A stretch of 64,000 nucleotides of DNA, taken from the NCBI GenBank assembly GCA_951804945.1, contig OX638159.1, positions 3,162,001-3,226,000 on the forward strand, written 5' to 3'. Each line of letters starts with the position of its first letter. Positions within the stretch are counted from its first letter, which is position 1. Made by a program: the position numbers and the translations under genes. Under the pieces are notes generated by a model. It saw only the letters and a list, made by a program, of their open reading frames with translations. It was not told the DNA's origin and did no database searches. Shown here piece by piece: positions 1 through 12,889 of this stretch. The DNA comes from Podarcis cretensis. Its lineage: Eukaryota.

Positions 1-218
1 TAAAAAGGAGTAAAAGTAACTGAAAACTGAAACTAACTTTGGATTCTTTGAACTGTGTTTAAAAGAGGACATTATTGATTAATATAAATAGAAACTGTTT
101 CCCCCTAGTGGAAGTTTCTGAAAACTGGTTGCTTTACAAGAGCTGGGCTAGGGGAATTTCCAGCTGCAAGATAAAAAACTGTGAGACTCTGGGACTGACC
201 TTGAATCTTTTAAGTGCT

Positions 219-1385
219 ATGGCAAATGGAAAGGAAAAAACAGACCAGTCAACTGCCGAAAAAACATTAAGGTCTGGGAGGACTTTGCAGCAACCCAGGA
301 GAGGCTCAACATCAGGCCTCCCTGCTTCTTCTGTGGCTGCTTCTGTACCAGTACACTCAAAACCAAGAGGAATGTTGACAGAAGAGGCCTTAGCGGTTGC
401 ATTAAATAAGATAAATGATTCACTGGAACAGCTTAACAAGAAAACAGATGCGACAAATGTGAAAGTGGATGCTGCAACTATTAGTATAAATAATCTGGGA
501 CAAAAGGTGAATACCAATACAGAAACCATCCAGAAATTGATTCAGGAATCTACTTTGATACGGCAGACTGCGGAGGAAGCTAGGGAGAAAGCCGTTGCTG
601 CGGAATGTAAAGTAACACAATTGGAGAGAGAGAGAGTCCTAGCCCTACAGAGGCAACTTGATGATCATAAGTTGACGCTTGCTATGATTGAACTTAAAGA
701 AAAACAGACAAATCTGAGGATCATAGCCCTACCTGAATTGGAGAAGGAAAGCTTGATAGACTTCCTCACACAGGAATTTGCTGACTTTTGGGACTTGGAC
801 TTGGGTCAAGAAGAGATTAAAATTGTGAGGGCCTTCAGACTTGGAAGAGGAGGGAAAAAAGAGAAGAACAGAATAAGAGACTGTTTGATCACCGTTCGAA
901 CTAAAGAAGAGACAGATAGAATATTGTGTTGGCACTATCAGAAGAACCTAGAAGTACAACAGTCAAGAGTGGAAATTTTTAAGGACGTCCCGAAATATCT
1001 TTTGGATCTTAGACCTAATTATGGAGATTTGATTGCCCTGCTGAGAAGGAATAAATTCATCTTTAGGTGGGAGTTCCCCCAAGGTTTACCCTTCAGTTTC
1101 AAAGGAAGGAAAATAAAAATAAGATCAGTAGAAGATAAAGTAAAGTTTTTGTATAAATACAAAGAAGATCTGCAGAAGGGACTTGGAAAAGAGCCAGGGG
1201 CATCGGATAGAAGATCACCAGATAGAGGACTAGAGCAAAGAGCATCAGATAGAAGATCACCAAATAGGGGAATATTGGATATATCAGCATTATCCTTTGG
1301 ATTGGATTTCCCAGTGAACGTGTCACCACCACCACCAACAGAAGAAGAGCAAGCATTGGGTGCAGTTGGAGGAATATCAGCGTAA
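219..1385 (+). CDS. L1 ORF1p (coiled coil + RRM + CTD RNA-binding protein)
   Basis: Open frame from ATG 219; coiled-coil region (LNKINDSLEQL...LERERVLALQRQL), RRM start NLRIIALPE, CTD motif IFKDVP; 42-bp tandem duplication (ASDRRSPxRG) at about 1200-1270. Confidence 0.85.
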   Translation: MANGKEKTDQSTAEKTLRSGRTLQQPRRGSTSGLPASSVAASVPVHSKPRGMLTEEALAVALNKINDSLEQLNKKTDATNVKVDAATISINNLGQKVNTNTETIQKLIQESTLIRQTAEEAREKAVAAECKVTQLERERVLALQRQLDDHKLTLAMIELKEKQTNLRIIALPELEKESLIDFLTQEFADFWDLDLGQEEIKIVRAFRLGRGGKKEKNRIRDCLITVRTKEETDRILCWHYQKNLEVQQSRVEIFKDVPKYLLDLRPNYGDLIALLRRNKFIFRWEFPQGLPFSFKGRKIKIRSVEDKVKFLYKYKEDLQKGLGKEPGASDRRSPDRGLEQRASDRRSPNRGILDISALSFGLDFPVNVSPPPPTEEEQALGAVGGISA

Positions 1386-1392
1386 TTACACG

Positions 1393-2155
1393 ATGGCGCT
1401 GCAGGTTTCGAGCTGGAATGTGAATGGATTAAATTCCCCAGAAAAAAGGCGGAGAGTCTTTCATTTATTGAAAAAAGAACATTTGGACTTGATTTGTTTA
1501 CAAGAAACACATGTGATAAGGCTACACAGGAAGATATTGAGCAATAAAAGACTGGGCCAAGAATTTATCTCATCAGATAAAGTTAAAAAAAGAGGAGTGG
1601 TCCTTTATGCAAAGGAGAGCCTACCACTGAAATTCATATTTAAAGATGACCAAGGCATTTGTTGCAATTGAAATTCCATCACAAGGAGAGAAATTCCTAA
1701 TTGTAGGTATTTATGCACCAAATGAAGGAAAATCGGAGTTCTTTAAGAAGCTACATGAGACTCTGATGGATTACATGGACTATAATATGATTTTGATGGG
1801 AGATATGAATGGAGTGGTGTCTACAAATATGGACAAGGCACAGAGACAGGTAGTCACCAAAGATGGTAGACTACCAAAAACTTTCTTTGACATGACTGAA
1901 AATATGGACTTAGTTGACATTTGGAGAGTGAAGAACCCTCTGGGAAGAGAGGGAACTTTCTTCTCTGAGGCTAAAATGACATGGACAAGAATTGACCAAA
2001 TTTGGGTAACCAGGGGATTAGCTCCGAAGATCAGCAAAGTGGAGATCTGCCCCAAAACTTGTTCTGAACATAATGCTGTGAAGATGGAAATGAAGTTGAC
2101 GCCAACTGGTTCCTTTAGATGGAGGATGAATGATACTTTGTTTAGGAATGAAGAG
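1393..2155 (+). pseudogene. L1 ORF2 APE endonuclease domain, frameshifted and truncated
   Basis: Motifs SWNVNGL, ICLQETH, GIYAPN, MGDMN, TRIDQIW and SEH (canonical SDH), then WRMND; frameshift at about 1655. Confidence 0.9.
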
Positions 2156-2965
2156 GTTGGGAGTTTGTTAAGAGGGAGATAGTAAAAGCACAACTTCAGG
2201 CAATACCAATGAGACGGAAACATGGAAGGTGCCTAAAGAAGCCAGGGTGCCTATCTAAAGAACTTTTAACTGAGTTAAGATTAAAAAAGGATGTGTACAA
2301 AAAATGGAAAAGGGGGGAAACCACCAAAGAGGAATTCAAACAAATAGCCAACACGTGTAGACACAAAGTCAGAAAAGCTAAAGCACAGAATGAACTCAGG
2401 CTTGCTAGAGAGGTTAAAAGCAACAAAAAAGGCTTTTATGGGTATGTTCGTAGCAAAAGGAAGAAGAAAGAAACAGTGGGGTCACTCAGAGGAGAAGATG
2501 GTGAAATGCAAACAGGGGACACAGAAAGGGCTGAACTCCTCAATGCCTTCTTTGCCTCAGTCTTTTCCGATAAAGAAAACAATGCCCGACCTGAAGAACT
2601 TGGAGCAAATGATTCAGCAGAGGAAACACGGCCCAGAATAACTAAGGAGATAGTACAAGAATACTTGGCTAGTTTAGATGTATTCAAGTCTCCAGGGCCA
2701 GATGAACTGCATCCAAGAGTATTAAAACATTAGGAAGAACTTCCTGACACCTAAACATTAGGAAGAACTTCCTGACAGTAAGAGCTGTTTGACAGTGGAA
2801 TTTGCTGCCAAGGAGTGTGGTGGAGGCTCCTTCTTTGGAGGTCTTTAAGCAGAGGCTTGACAACCATATGTCAGGAGTGCTCTGATGGTGTTTCCTGCTT
2901 GGCAGGGGGTTGGACTCGATGGCCCTTGTGGTCTCTTCCAACTCTATGATTCTATGATTCTATGA
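2155..2965 (+). mobile_element. CR1 LINE fragment with large internal deletion and (TTCTATGA)n tail
   Basis: CR1 ORF2 middle region (GWEFVKREIVKAQ...AELLNAFFASVF...KSPGPDELHPRVLK) joined directly to the CR1 3' end; 8-bp tail repeats at about 2944-2965. Confidence 0.9.
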
Positions 2966-5900
2966 GGAGGGGACACTGAATTTTGGAGTTGCACGAGGCA
3001 CCGCTGAAATTTGAGAGCCCAGAGTCTGCCACTGGGCAATGGGAAGATGAAGATCTGGCCCATCAGATCAAAAAGTTGTCCCACTCCTGCTTTAGGAGGA
3101 TAACATTTCAGCAGCAGCGTTTGCTGTGCCGAAGTGGGAGTATGACATATAGTAAATATAAATTGCTGTTCTATATGCTGGTTGTTTGGTAATTGGTAAG
3201 GACTTAGTTTAATTAGTTTAAATAAATCCCATATTTTGTTTATTTATTTTTACAAAGCTCAGATTTTGTTTTCCAGTGCTTGGCACCAGCTGTATCACCC
3301 TAGCTGCAGTTAACAAATACAAAAGTATTATGAAGATTCCTAGAACACATATTTGAACATAGTTTAGTAAACATAACACTAGGCAAAGTATTAACAGTAA
3401 ACAGAGGACCTCATTGAGTTCACTAGTTGCCATCTTCCAATATTCTTTTCCTCAGTGAAGAAAATCCCACTTAGCTGATTGGCATAACCAACATTTGCCA
3501 CTGCATTATAAAGATTTTATGGAATTCCAGAGGGATTAGATTCTATTGGAGAACTATCTTAAAGCAATTTTCTCTGATACCTAAGGAGACTGTAAAATGA
3601 TATCCTTTCAGGGGTTTTTTTCTGGGATGGTGTCTTAAAGGTTGCTATTCCATTTTATCTTTTAAAGCAGTTGCTTCTCTCTTACTAAATTTGACATGGT
3701 GTTGAATTGTTTATTTGGATTATCAAATTCAGATACAAAGTGAATTTATTATAGCATCTATAGTTAGGGATGGGCCATGCAGCCAATTTAGGTCTTGCTA
3801 GCACTCAAATATTAGTTCCATTTCAACCCATTGCCCCCTGTCCCATCCCAATGTAAGCACATTGTATGTATTTTGTGTGCACCTTTAACATAAAAATATG
3901 CACTTGAAGAGAAATGCACGATCCAAATGGGAGTTGCATTCCAATCCACAAGTTTGGAATCTTTGGATTGGGGCCTCAGCCGCACATACCTTTAAAGTGG
4001 TATCTTACCACTTTAAGCAGTCATGTTCAAGCAGTTTGTTCAAGAAAACAAACAAACCTGGGAACTGTAGTTTGTTAATGTGATGAGAGTTGTTAGGAGA
4101 CCCGTATTCCCCTCAGAGAACTACATTTCCCAGAGTTCCCTGGAAAGAGAAATTGATTGTTAAGCCACTCTGGGAACTGTCACACTGGTATGCTCAATTT
4201 TTCATTTTTATTGTGTACCTCCCTTCTGTATCAACATCTTCCTTCCACTCTCCTTGTGGTAAGCTTCGCTACACTTTTCTGTGTTGCATTTTGACAAATG
4301 TGACCTATACATGTAATTATAATTACTTTTAAGTACATAATTAAGGTAAACACATGTAATTGCATTATTGTAATATGCAATAACCTTGTAACAGTTCTTC
4401 TGAGACATTGGGGCAAAATTGTCGCCAGCATGTGGACCTTGGCTGATCGGCAGCTGCTGCTATCACACCCATTATTAGTTGTGCTGGCATTTTAAAATGC
4501 AAAATAATACATGGATTTAATCTACATTATAGAGCAACCCCTTTTTCAGAAGCGGCATTGAAATGTTTATCCCAAAGTAACAGGATGTTTTGCAAATCTC
4601 TGTCAAGTTGGCTTTTCTTTTCTTTCGGAGGTGTCAGGGATCTCAGAAATGAGGTTTCTTTTGAAATGTTGCAGACATTAAAAAAATTGGCTTTGAAATA
4701 TAAGCCCAATTATTTAATGTGCAGGGATTTAGCAGCGCAACACCCATGAATATCACTGCAGGTTCTGCCTCCGCGGCCCAGTACGCCAGGCAGAGAGCAA
4801 ACTGCTTTAATTTAATGCTGGTCAGAAGAGAGTTGTGAAATAATTACTTGCACGGGACGTCTCTCAAAGTATTAACAAAAAAGCTTGTGTAACAGTGATG
4901 ACAATGGTGCCATCTGGTTCCATTATTATAATAATTAGCGCACATTTCATAAATAGTGGTACATTTACCTCAGGGTATGTGTGAGAGAGAAGAGAGGCTG
5001 CTAGTGCAATTTTCTCTGTATGTGTATGCAAAACTCCATGCACATAAAGAAAAACAGTTTATCATGGAGAAAGTTCTAGCTTAGTTTTCTCCCTGAGAAT
5101 CTAGTTTTGAACAAGAAAGCATCCCAGAAATAGACACAGCAGGTGTGAAGAACTTTTGGCCCTCTAGATACACACAGGCCCTCTTGATCTTGTTCCCACC
5201 ATCTCTGTCCACTGGCATTCATGCTGGGACTGATGGGGCTTTTGGTCAGTGACATCTGGAGGGCCAGAGGTCCCCTCACCTGAGTTCCATCGTGTGAGGA
5301 TGCTGATAACGTGCTCTTTCTCTTAGACATTGTCATCCGTGGCAAATGGTTGCCATTTTTAGTGAGGCACTGGGAGAAGTTTGTTTATTCCAGTGAGAGA
5401 AGCTAACTCATAACTCATTTTGTGCTGCTAAACTGTTTTGCTTTTTTGCTGTTTTAAGGATAACCATTGTTGAACAGCCTCACTCACAAAGATAGGACCA
5501 AATGGTAGCAGATGGATGGTTGCTTTACTTGCTAATTCTGGGTAACTTTTCTAAGCAAAGTCCCAAACTTTGATAATGTTGGGGCTTACCCATTCTTACC
5601 TTTTGCCCTGCACTTTCTAGGCACAGGTTCACACTCTTCCAGTTCATGTCCAAGCATTGTTTACTTTTGCCCCAGGAAAATCCTATCTTCACCACTGAAT
5701 ATGAGCAAACAGCAAATTGACTTTTCCTGAATTAGTGACTACACCACACTGTCTCTCCCCCCATGTCATCACTCCCCAATGCAAAATGTTGCCTGAATCC
5801 ATCCTTAAACTGCATCCAATTGCCTTCTCTCTTGAGTGCAGGCTAAACAAACAAATAAACAAGTAACGTTTCCAATTCTCGCAATGTTTAAATCACAAGC

Positions 5901-7140
5901 AGGATGCTGTTATTGTTGTGCTCCGAAGAGGACCCTGTGGTGAGGATTAAGACTTTTTTCTTCCAGTGTGTGTTCCTCAAGTGTCAGCACATATCACAAT
6001 GCAAAGAATATTCCCAGGCTTTCTCTATGACACCAGTGCCTAGCAAGAGCTAAAGCTCCACACACTGGCAATGCTAATTATACTAATAATCCTACTAAGC
6101 AAGATTATATATATATTCACACTAATGAAGCTCTAGCATGCCTCAAAAAACTCCGAGAGGAGTATAGGATGACATATCAGAAAGAACCGCTGATAGGCGA
6201 GAACGTAATTCCTCGTCTGCTTTCCAAAAGGCTTGGAAGGTATCAACAAAACCGGGAAGTTGAGATTAGAAACTGCAGCAGCATTTAGTCTTTCTAGAAA
6301 GGGGTTATATTAGCCAGGGGATAATCTTCTCCTTTCTTCCGGATGGTCTTGGGACATGAAATCAGCAGCTAGATTTTGGAGACAAAAGTAAAGATCGTCT
6401 CAAGCATTGCCACGCTGAGATAAGTCTTCATGGCAGTTTTTCCTGCTGTCAAGGAGAAGCGAGGGAGGGCACAGTTCTGCATGACATGGAACCAGCATCA
6501 ACACAGGAATTGCCATTTAGAGGTGATAATGAAGCCTCTGTTTTTCACACAATGGGAGTTATTTTCGTATTCTCTTCCCAGCTGCTTGCATCTCTGAATG
6601 TTCATGTTGTTAGATAAGGTAGTGCTATACAGTATGTCAAACATTATCCCATTTCAGAAAAACCTGTGGTTTATGCAATGAGAAGACCAGGTTTGTTGTT
6701 CCTGAAAAGAAGTTTCTTCCCTCCAAAGGAAGTGCAGTCTTAATTGTTCAAATGTTTGCCCACATCTAGCAGTAGGACAATTCGAGGGCCACATTCCTTT
6801 CCAGGCAAACTTATGGGGGCCACCTGCCAGTGGTGGGCAGCCAGAGGCAAAAGTGGGCGGAGCAACAGGTGTGACTTTCACATTTGTGCAGCAGGCTAGT
6901 TTCTAATGCATCCACACGCCCCTCTCTAGCCTCCATTTGGGGACGGGGGAGGCATTGTTAGAGGTAAAGGACACATTCCAACAAGGAGAGGGTAGCAGCT
7001 GTGACTAAGGGGAGTCCCAAGGGCCAGCAAAGCAAGCTTGGAGGGCCATATTTGATCTCCAGGCACTAGGTTCTCTACTCCATCTTCCTCAAAGGATATT
7101 TGAGAAAACGCTCTCTTCCCCAGTTTTGCTGCCCACAAAT

Positions 7141-7495
7141 AGGTAAAGGTAAAGGGACCCCTGAACGTTAAGTCCAGTCGTGACCAAATCTGGGGTTGCG
7201 GCACTCACCTCGCTTTACTGGCCGAGGGAGCCGGCATACAGCTTCTGGGTCATGTGGCCAGCATGACTAAGCCGCTTCTGGCGAACCAGAGCAGCACACA
7301 GAAACACTGTTTACCTTCCTGCTGGAGTGGTACCTATTTATCTACCTGCACTTTGATGGGCTTTCGAGCTGCTAGGTTGGCAGGAGCAGGGACTGAGCAA
7401 CAGGAGCTCACCCCGTTGCGGGGATTCGAACCACCGACCTTCTGATCGGCAAGCCCTAGGCTCAGTGGTTTAGCCCACAGCGCCACCCACGTCCC
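7141..7495 (-). mobile_element. Sauria SINE (older subfamily)
   Basis: tRNA-derived head with A and B boxes on the minus strand, (ACCTTT)n tail, short flanking repeat CAAATAG (7136-7142 / 7495-7501). Confidence 0.9.
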
Positions 7496-9808
7496 AAATA
7501 GCATGGACAAATTTTGGAGGTAATTTATTTCAGTCTTAAGTTCCTGCATCTTCCCACCATGATGTAATTGGAGAAGAGTGTGACCGGGAGGGAGGGCTCT
7601 GATGCCAGGCCCAATGGGAGTGGGGGGGCGGGGCAGGGAGGCCTCTGAGACCACGTCCAATTAACAACACCACAAAAACCCTTCCGCCACCCTGCTTTCG
7701 TTCCCCATGGAGAACTATGGCACTGGTATACTGTATTATTGGCCCATCTAATCCCAGTCCTGACAGGTTCCCTTATAGGCTTGTCTGCAAATATTGTGCC
7801 TTGGAAATTCATTGACATATCTATTTAGACATAACTGACTATACAGCATAGCACAGCCTTCAAAATAATGCCTTAATTTGAAACAGTGAGACACTTTAGA
7901 CCAGGGGCTTTAAAGTCTGACCCTTTCCTGCTTCAAAGCAGTGTTAATAAGAGAATACTCCTAGCTCAGGAAGGTAGCAGTGATGGGCATGTTTTTAAGT
8001 GGCACCCCTAATTTGTAGCTACGGCTTGCGGGCTCATGCTGAAGGTCTTGCACATGCTGAACTTTACAGACAGAATGGATTTGTTAATTCAAACCTTTGA
8101 TGCCTGTGCTATACCTTGGCTCTCAGTAACAAGAGAAGATAAGAAATATAAACAAATTCATGAATGACTGCAGAGCAGCTGCCCAATCAAATAATAAACA
8201 CAACTGACATATAATTCACACATAGACAGACAATATTTGGTTGTGCAGTAAGTGCTGTACAACCCACAGAAATGACTGCCCAGTGGGCCTTACAGTGCTT
8301 TTGTCCACTGTAAGCAAATGGGGCATTTCTTTTATTCCACAGTGTTCACTATGGGCAAAAGCCAGTAGTGTGTGTGCCAAGCTAGAAAATTAATACTTAG
8401 TGTTCATTCAGTGGGTCAGGAGTGGGAAGTTCAGGCATGGGGACCGATTGCATCCTGTCAGGTCTCTCTGTACAGCACACAGAACTCTCCCCAAGCCACA
8501 TACATCCTTCACCGGCCTGCTCTACACCCCAAGTGTTTTGGTGCAGCTTGAATGTGCCCTAGACTCTGGTAATACGTTTTGCTTGTTTGGATGAAGGACA
8601 GAGGATACTGGGGCTAGAATCTGTCAAATTTGGCAGTTAAGTAGGCAATCCTTGGAATATTTGCTATTTTCTCTAGATAATATGATTTTAAGCTATTGCT
8701 AGTGTAATACAATTTAAAAATATTAAAATACTAAGTGAATAAATTCCTAAATGAACAATAACAGGAGCAACAAATTAGTGCAAATAAATGGCCAAGTCTG
8801 CACATATCATTTCTGGACTTTATGATTCTACAAATCCAAACATTTAAGTATTAGTTATTCACCGTTAAATGTTCGTAAGTGGGGGGAAAGAACTTCCATT
8901 ATTTCTGTGCGGGGAATGTAAGCATTTTCTTAGACATAAATGGGATTGAAAAGCACCTAATGTTTCCCAGAAGTTGCTCCTACGGTGCCAAATGCTGCTT
9001 TATATTTATTTCATTTTAATAGAATTGGATACATGGCACCATTCATGTTTTCCTCAAGCATTCATTCAGTTGTATAACAGCTGTGTTGTTAAAAGAGATC
9101 CAAAATGAACAAGGTGAAAACCACTTTTGTGGTTTCATTCAGTGGGGCAATGGGGCAACCATTGACTCCACCAGGCTGCTCTGTTACTTTCTCTCTACAC
9201 AAGGTTAAGAACTCTTTGTACTGATTTGACATGGTGACTCTTGTCTCCCCTCCCTCCTGCCGCCAATCTGTGTGTGCTTCAGAGCTAATTGGAGCCCTCG
9301 ACTAGCATGCAGTTAAGGGTAACTGGGAAAAGGTCAAACTGTGTTCAGACAAACATCTCAATTATAGATGTTTACATGTGCTAACTAAAGAATTCATTGT
9401 GACACAGCCTTGCAACCCCTTTATTTATGACACCATTACAGCACAGACAGATTAGCTTTGGTGCAGGAATTGCCTGGGGGAATATTACAGTGAATGTGTT
9501 GACAGATCACATCCTAAGAGACTCTTTTGAACAATACCAGGAAATGCTTATTGTCCTTGCTCCCTCAAGACACATTATCAGGTTTTTATAACACATATTA
9601 GTGATTCCTTAGCACCTTGTTACAATACCCTCCCTGGAAGCTAAACTCTAGAAGGTGTCCCATGGTTGAAATGATGGTGTTGTAAGATGCAAGTTCACTC
9701 TGTTCACTCTGTGAGGTCACTGTTCTTCCTTAGCACCTGGAATGTGAAGAGTAGCTGCCAGCAACCCCGAGAAGACTACAGCCTCAAGATTCAAAGATGC
9801 CCAGCATG

Positions 9809-10845
9809 TAGAATCATAGAATTGTAGAGTTGGAAGGGACTTCAAGGTTCATCTAGTCCAACTCCCTGCAATGCAGGGATCTCAGCTAAAGCATCCATGA
9901 CAGATGGCCACCCAACCTCTGCTTAAAAACCTCCAAGGAAGAAGAGTCCACAACCCTTCCAATGTCAAACAGTTCTTATTGTCAGAAAGTTTCTTCCTGA
10001 TGTAATCTCCTTTCTTGTAACTTGAAGCCATTTGTTCAAGTCCTACCTACCAGGGCAGGAGAAAACAAGCTTGTTCCCTCTTCCATGTCACAGCCCTTGA
10101 GATATTTGAAGATGGCTACCATATCTCCTCTCAGTCTCCTCTTTGCCAGGCTAAACATACCCAGCTCCCTCAGTCATTCCTCGCAAGGCTTGGTTTCCAG
10201 ACCCTGGATCATCTTGGTTGCCCTTCTCTGCACACATTCCAGCTTGTCAACATCATTCTTAAATTGTGCTGCCCAGAATTGGACACAGTATTCTAGTTGT
10301 GGTCTGACCAAAGCAGAATAGAGTGGTTCTATTACTTCCCTTGATCTGGACACTAGACTTCTGTTGATGCAGCCTAGAGTAGCATTACCTTTTTTTGCTG
10401 CTGCATCACACTGTTGACTCATGTTCAGCTTGTGGTCCATTAAGACCCCTAGATTATTTTCAAATGTACTACTGGCAAGCCAGGTGTCCCCCATCTTATA
10501 TTTATGCATCTGGTTCTTCCTGCCTAAGTGCAAAACTGTACATTTGTCCCTACTGAAATTCATTTTGTTATTTTAGTCCCAGTTCTCCAATCTGTTAAGG
10601 TCATTTTGAATTCTGATTCTGTCCTCTGTGGCATTGCCACCCCTCCCAGTTTGGTTTCATCTGCAAATTTGATGAACATCCCCTCAATTCTTTCATCCAA
10701 ATTGTTTATAAAGATGTGGAACAACAATGGGCCCAGGACAAAACCCTGTGGCACCCCACTTGTCACTTTTCCCCAGGATGACATGGAACCGTTAATGAGT
10801 ACTCTTTGAGTTCAATCAGTCAACCAGCTACAAATCCACCTAACA
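9809..10845 (-). mobile_element. CR1 LINE, 5'-truncated, RT C-terminal part plus 3' UTR
   Basis: Minus-strand translations SGVPQGFVLGPLLF..IKFADETKLGG and LYSALVRPQLEYCVQFW..LECVQRRATKMI; TTCTATGA-type tail at about 9810-9820. Confidence 0.9.
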
Positions 10846-11299
10846 CTTCCCTTGTTCAGCTACATTTTACCATATGAACTTTGGTTAACATCACCCAGTG
10901 TCACGCTTAACACTGATCTGACATTACCAACTTTACTGGAAGGGCAAGGAGATAGGAATGTTCCAGAAATAATAGGAAGAACCACTCATGGCAGGATATT
11001 CCTTCCTCCTATCAAGCTTGCACTTTTATTTTGATGGACTTTTAATGTGCAACAAATAACTGTATTGTTGCTAGATTATTCTTATTTTTTACCACCCTAT
11101 TTTCAAAAATGAATTAATTCTTTTCTCCTGCTGCTATCAGATTTGTGCTTTGTTTTATGTGTTGGTTGCATCTTGTAATTGCTTTTAGAAATTGGTCATT
11201 GCACTTGCATTTCTATTGATTATATCATATGGTTTTAAGATGAAGCTGTTCATTGCTCTCCAGAAGAGCAGGATATATATAAATAAAGAAGTGCCACTA

Positions 11300-11470
11300 A
11301 CATAAGAATATAGGAAACTGGCTTCTACAGAATCAGAGCATTGGTCCATCTAGCTCAGAATTATCTTCCCTGACTAGCAGCACTTTCCAGTGTTCCAGAC
11401 AGGGATGTCCTCTGGTCCCACCAGGAGAAAGCATGTGATGCAGATACTCTACCACTGAGCGGTGGCCCTT
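11300..11470 (-). mobile_element. Degenerate tRNA-derived SINE fragment
   Basis: Minus strand reads GCTCAGTGGTAGAGTATCTGC (tRNA A-box-like head) and ends in a CR1-type tail (...TTCTTATGTTA); followed by a TAG/CAG microsatellite. Confidence 0.5.
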
Positions 11471-12889
11471 CCTTACTGCTGCTACTACTAGTACCACCAC
11501 TAGTAGTAGTAGCAGCAGCAGCAGCATTAGAAGTAGTACTACCATTAGTACACAGTTTGAGAATCTGGGACTTTCTTTTGTCAAAACAACTGCAGAAACA
11601 GAAATCAGATTACCAATTGGGTTCTATTTGTCACACTCAATAATTGTGGAAAGCTTTCATCAAAACTGCCAATCCTACATATATTTCTGTGAGGATGTTT
11701 TGTTCTATTAGAAATGAAGAAACAATAAGGGGAGAGTGTTTGTTTTTTGTAGCCTTCAGTTTGTATTTCGTTTTGTGCAGTGTTCTTTATAGCATTTTTT
11801 AATATTTTTAGTAGCCCACAGCAAGGTCATCATGATGAAAGGTCATCTGAAGATGCAGATGCTCCTCTGCCACAAAAGGCACCAGGGTCCTGCAACTGCC
11901 AAGCATGCTCTGTGGTCACTCTAAGAGGAGGGAATGGCAAGCATGACAAGGAAAGGACGCAGGTGTCTGCTAAGGACATCTGAGCTCAGATGCCACCTGG
12001 GACCTCCAGCTTCCCTGCTCATTTCAGGACTTGTCCAGCCTAGTGCCTCCACTGAAGGTGGCAAAGTTGAAGGCAACCCATATGCCACAGAAGCAAAGGA
12101 GATGTGACGTACTGCCAAGGAAGGGCACTGCAGCTGCTGAAATGCAAGGCTGCCATTTCTGGAAATTTTGCCTGCACCACACTGCTTGGATTTGTAGGAC
12201 TATCAATGTGTGTGCACAAGTCATGGCGGCATTATGTTTTCTATATATTTTTTTAAACTTGCACATTCTGTGTAGAGAGCTGTAAGGCAATGTGGTGTTG
12301 AAGAGTTTTAATGTTTGATGTTTTATTGTGCTTTTATATTTGTTGGAAGCTGCCCAGGGCGGTTGGGGCAACCCAGTCAGATGTTCAGGGTACCAAAAAA
12401 AGAAAATTATTATTAAATTATTATTTGATGCAAATATGTAAAACAACTATGCATTTTGTAGAAAAAAAGAGTTTGGAAAGTAAGCCTCCAAATCATTTCA
12501 TGCATTTATTCATTCTCTGCCCTTTACCCTAAGGTCCTAAGGCAGGTTACAGCAGTATTAAAATGATTACACAATATTAAAATGATTTTAAATGGCTTCC
12601 AACTATAAAAACAAGGTGCTCCTAATAATATACTGTACACTTCAAGTGTCAAAAGTTGGGGCAAAGAGATGTGTCTTCAGCATTCCCTGAAAGCTGTATA
12701 ATGAAGGTGCCAGACACAGCGCTCTGGGGAGGGAGCACCAAAGCTTAGGGGAGTGCCCTGTCCCAGGTTGCCATCCCTGCCCCCCAAGCTTCTTAGGGCA
12801 GAGGGACTACCAAGAGCCTCCTCTGCTGATCTCAGTACCTACAAGGGTCTATAGAGAAGGACGTCTTTCAGATATGTCTACATTAAATG

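Larger units (their letters stand above)
1..2155 (+). mobile_element. L1-clade LINE, 5' portion (5'UTR, ORF1, endonuclease part of ORF2); RT and 3' end absent
   Basis: ORF1-like ORF followed 7 nt later by an APE endonuclease; the sequence switches to CR1 at about 2150-2158; the element runs off the window start. Confidence 0.85.

Noticed and set aside
2148-2970. ATGAAGAGG / ATGAGGAGG as a TSD of the CR1 piece
   Set aside because: Short, mismatched, overlaps the tail repeat, and L1 sequence does not resume afterwards
7585-7642. G-quadruplex-like tracts (also about 37284-37335)
   Set aside because: Common low-complexity G runs with no supporting context
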